Shown: piece by piece, positions 60,501 through 64,000 of the stretch
Numbering within the stretch: the stretch's first letter is position 1
Layout: each line of letters opens with the position of its first letter
From: Mobula hypostoma
Taxonomy: Eukaryota
Assembly: GCF_963921235.1 (NCBI RefSeq)
Contig: NC_086097.1
Span: 33,420,001-33,484,000, forward strand
Length of the DNA: 64,000 bases
Reading direction: 5' to 3'
The notes under the pieces: generated by a model
Told to the model about the DNA's origin: nothing
The model's database searches: none
The model's input: only the letters and a program-made list of their open reading frames with translations
Program-made: the position numbers and the translations under genes

Positions 60501-63500
60501 GAGTGAGTGGAGGGATGGAGAGAGAGTCAGCGGAGAGATGGAGAGAGAGAGAGCGGAGAGATGGAGAGAGAGAGGGTGAACGGAGGGAGGAGTGAGAGTG
60601 AGCGGAGGAGTGAGAGAGTGTGAGCGGAGGGATGGAGTGAGAGAACGGAGGGATGGAGAGAGAGTGAGCGGAGAGATGGAGAGAGAGTGAGTGAAGAGAT
60701 GGAGAGAGAGAGGGTGAACGGAGGGAGGAGTGAGAGGGTGAGTGAAGAGATGGAGAGCGAGTGAGCGGAGGGACGAAGAGAGAGTGAACGGAGGGATGGA
60801 GAGAGAGTGAGCGGCGGGAGGATTGAGAGAGGGTGAGCAGAGGGAGGAGTGAGAGTGAGCGGAGGGATGGAGAGGGTGAGCGGAGGAAGGAGTGAGAGTG
60901 AGCGGAGGGATGGAGTGAGAGAACGGAGGGATGGAGAGAGAGTGAGTGGAGGGATGGAGAGAGAGAACGGAGGGATGGAGAGAGTGAGTGGAGGGATGGA
61001 GTGAGAGTGAGCGGAGGAGTGAGAGGGTGAGTGCAGAGATGGAGAGAGAGTGAGCGGAGGGACGGAGAGAGTGAACGGAGGGATGGAGTGAGAGTGAGCG
61101 GAGGGATGGAGAGAGTGAGCGGAGGGATGGAGTGAGAGTGAGCGGAGGGATGGAGTGAGAGAACGGAGGGATGGAGAGAGAGTGAGTGGAGGGATGGAGA
61201 GAGAGTGAGTGGAGGGATGGAGAGAGAGAACGGAGGGATGGAGAGAGTGAGTGGAGGGATGGAGTGAGAGTGAGCGGAGGAGTGAGAGAGTGTGAGCGGA
61301 GGGATGGAGTGAGAGTGAGCGGAGGGATGGAGAGAGAGTGAGTGGAGGGATGGAGTGAGAGTGAGCGGAGGAGTGAGTGAGTCTGAGTGGAGGGATGTTG
61401 AGAGAGTGAGTGGAGGGATGGAGAGAGAGTGAGTGGAGGGATGGAGAGAGAGTGAGTGGAGGGATGGAGTGAGAGTGAGTGGAGGGATGGAGAGAGAGTG
61501 AGCGGAGGGATGGAGAGAGAGAACGGAGGGATGGAGAGAGAGTGAGCGGAGGGATGGAGTGAGAGTGAGTGGAGAGATGGAGAGAATGTGAGTGGAGGGA
61601 TGGAGAGTGTGAGTGGAGGGATGGAGAGAGAGCGGAGGGATGGAGAGAGTGTGAGTGGAGGAGTGAGAGAGTGTGAGCAGAGGATTGAGAGAGTGAGCGG
61701 AGGGATGGAGTGAGAGTGAGCAGAGGGATGGAGTGAGAATGAGCGGAGGGATGGAGTGAGAGTGAGCAGAGGAGTGAGAGAGTGTGAGCGGAGAGATGGA
61801 GTGAGAGTGAGCAGAGAGATGGAGTGAGAGTGAACGGAGGGATGGAGAGAGAGTGAGCGGAGGGATGGAGTGAGAGTGAGCGGAGGAGTGAGTGAGTGTG
61901 AGCGGAGGGATGGAGAGAGAGTGAGCGGAGGGATGGAGTGAGAGTGAGCGGAGGAGAGAGAGTGTGAGCGGAGGGATGGAGTGAGAGAACGGAGGGACGG
62001 AGAGAGTGTGAGCGGAGGGATGGAGTGAGAGTGAGCGGAGGAGTGAGAGAGAGTGAGCGGAGGGATGGAGAGTGAGTGAGTGGTGGGATCGAGTGAGAGT
62101 GAGCGGAGGGATGGAGTGAGAGTGAGCGGAGGAGTGAGAGAGTGTGAGTGGAGGGATGGAGAGAGAGTGAGCGGAGGGATGGAGAGAGAGTGAGTGGAGG
62201 ATGGAGAGAGAGAGTGGAGGGATGGAGAGAGAGTGAGCGGAGGGATGGAGAGAGAGTGAGCGGAGGGATGGAGAGAGAGAACGGAGGGATGGATAGAGAG
62301 TGAGCGGAGGGATGGAGTGAGAGTGAGTGGAGAGATGGAGAGAGTGTGAGTGGAGGGATGGAGAGAGTGAGTGGAGGGATGGAGAGAGAGCGGAGGGATG
62401 GAGAGAGTGTGAGTGGAGGAGTGAGAGAGTGTGAGCAGAGGATTGAGAGAGTGAGCGGAGGGATGGAGTGAGAGTGAGCGGAGGGATGGAGAGAGAGTGA
62501 GCGGAGGAGTGAGAGAGTGTGAGCGGAGGGATGGAGTGAGAGTGAGTGGAGGGATGGAGTGAGAATGAGCGGAGGGATGGAGTGAGAGTGAGCAGAGGAG
62601 TGAGAGAGTGTGAGCGGAGAGATGGAGTGAGAGTGAGCGGAGAGATGGAGTGAGAGTGAGCGGAGGGATGGAGAGAGAGTGAGCGGAGGGATGGAGTGAG
62701 AGTGAGCGGAGGAGAGAGAGTGTGAGTGGAGGGATGGAGTGAGAGAACGGAGGGATGGAGAGAGTGTGAGCGGAGTGATGGAGTGAGAGTGAGCGGAGGA
62801 GTGAGAGTGAGCGGAGGGATGGAGAGTGAGTGAGTGGAGGGATGGAGTGAGAGTGAGCGGAGGGATGGAGTGAGAGTGAGCGGAGGGATGGAGTGAGAGT
62901 GAGCGGAGGAGTGAGAGAGTGTGAGCGGAGGGATGGAGTGAGGGAACGGAGGGATGGAGTGAGTGTGAGCGGAGGGATGGAGTGAGAGAACGGAGGGATG
63001 GAGAGAGAGAACGGAGGGATGGAGTGAGAGTGAGCGGAGGGATGGAGAGAGAGTGAGTGGAGGGATGGAGAGAGAGTGAGTGGAGGGATGGAGAGAGAGT
63101 GAGCGGAGGGATGGAGTGAGAGTGAGTGAAGAGATGGAGAGAGAGAGGGTGAACGGAGGGAGGAGTGAGAGGGTGAGTGAAGAGATGGAGAGCGAGTGAG
63201 CGGAGGGACGGAGAGAGAGTGAACGGAGGGATGGAGACAGAGTGAGCGGCCGGAGGATTGAGAGAGGGTGAGCAGAGGGAGGAGTGAGAGGGTGAGCGGA
63301 GGGATGGAGAGGGTGAGCGAAGGAGTGAGAGTGAGCAGAGGGATGGAGTGAGAGAACGGAGGGATGGAGAGAGAGTGAGTGGAGGGATGGAGAGAGAGAA
63401 CGGAGGGATGGAGAGAGTGAGTGGAGGGATGGAGTGAGAGTGAGCGGAGGAGTGAGAGGGTGAGTGAAGAGATGGAGAGAGAGTGAGCGGAGGGACGGAG

Positions 63501-64000
63501 AGAGTGAACGGAGGGATGGAGTGAGAGTGAGCGGAGGGATGGAGAGAGTGAACGGAGGGATGGAGTGAGAGTGAGCGGAGGGATGGAGTGAGAGAACGGA
63601 GGGATGGAGAGAGAGTGTGGAGGGATGGAGAGAGAGTGAGTGGAGGAGTGAGAGAGTGTGAGCAGAGGATTGAGAGAGTGAGCGGAGGAATGGAGTGAGA
63701 GTGAGCGGAGGAATGGAGTGAGAGTGAGCGGAGGAATGGAGTGAGAGTGAGCGGAGGATTGAGAGAGTGTGAGCGGAAGGATGGAGTGAGAGAACGGAGG
63801 GATGGAGTGAGAGTGAGTGAAGAGATGGAGAGAGTGAGCGGAGGAGTGATAGAGTGTGAGCGGAGGGATGGAGTGAGAGTGAGCAGAGGGATGGAGTGAG
63901 AATGAGCGGAGGATTGAGAGAGTGTGAGCGGAGGGATGGAGTGAGAGAACGGAGGGATGGAGTGAGAGTGAGTGAAGAGATGGAGAGAGTGAGTGGAGGG
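54600..64000. repeat. Purine-rich satellite (GAGAGTGAGCGGAGGGATGGAGT-type, ~20-24 bp) with higher-order structure; runs off the window
   Basis: More than 9 kb. Marker variant GAGCAA at 57791, 58390, 59216 and 59815 (spacings 599/826/599, higher-order period 1425). Confidence 0.95.

Overview
Vertebrate genomic DNA; the repeat landscape suggests a cartilaginous fish such as a ray or shark (inference). Two spliced genes sit head-to-head. TGFB3 is on the - strand: coding exons 1-4 at 16176-15831, 5584-5424, 4900-4771 and 674-570, with the rest beyond the left edge. IFT43 is on the + strand: five tiny coding exons at 27097-27129, 33388-33441, 45853-45917, 49131-49163 and 50317-50363, with the rest presumably beyond the right edge; the ORF track never recovers it as a gene. 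Both core promoters are readable (CRE+TATA for TGFB3; ETS/RFX X-box/NRF1 for IFT43). The remainder is mostly mobile DNA and repeats: CR1, Rex1/Babar and Nimb/I-type LINE remnants (including a nested stack between the genes), Penelope-like fragments carrying minimal hammerhead ribozyme motifs, V-SINEs, a solo LTR, a hAT MITE, and two large G/purine-rich tandem arrays (about 27460-30425 and 54600-64000). Those arrays generate the spurious 800-1700 aa ORFs. Repeat boundaries are approximate and were read by eye; family names come from recalled motifs, not database searches.
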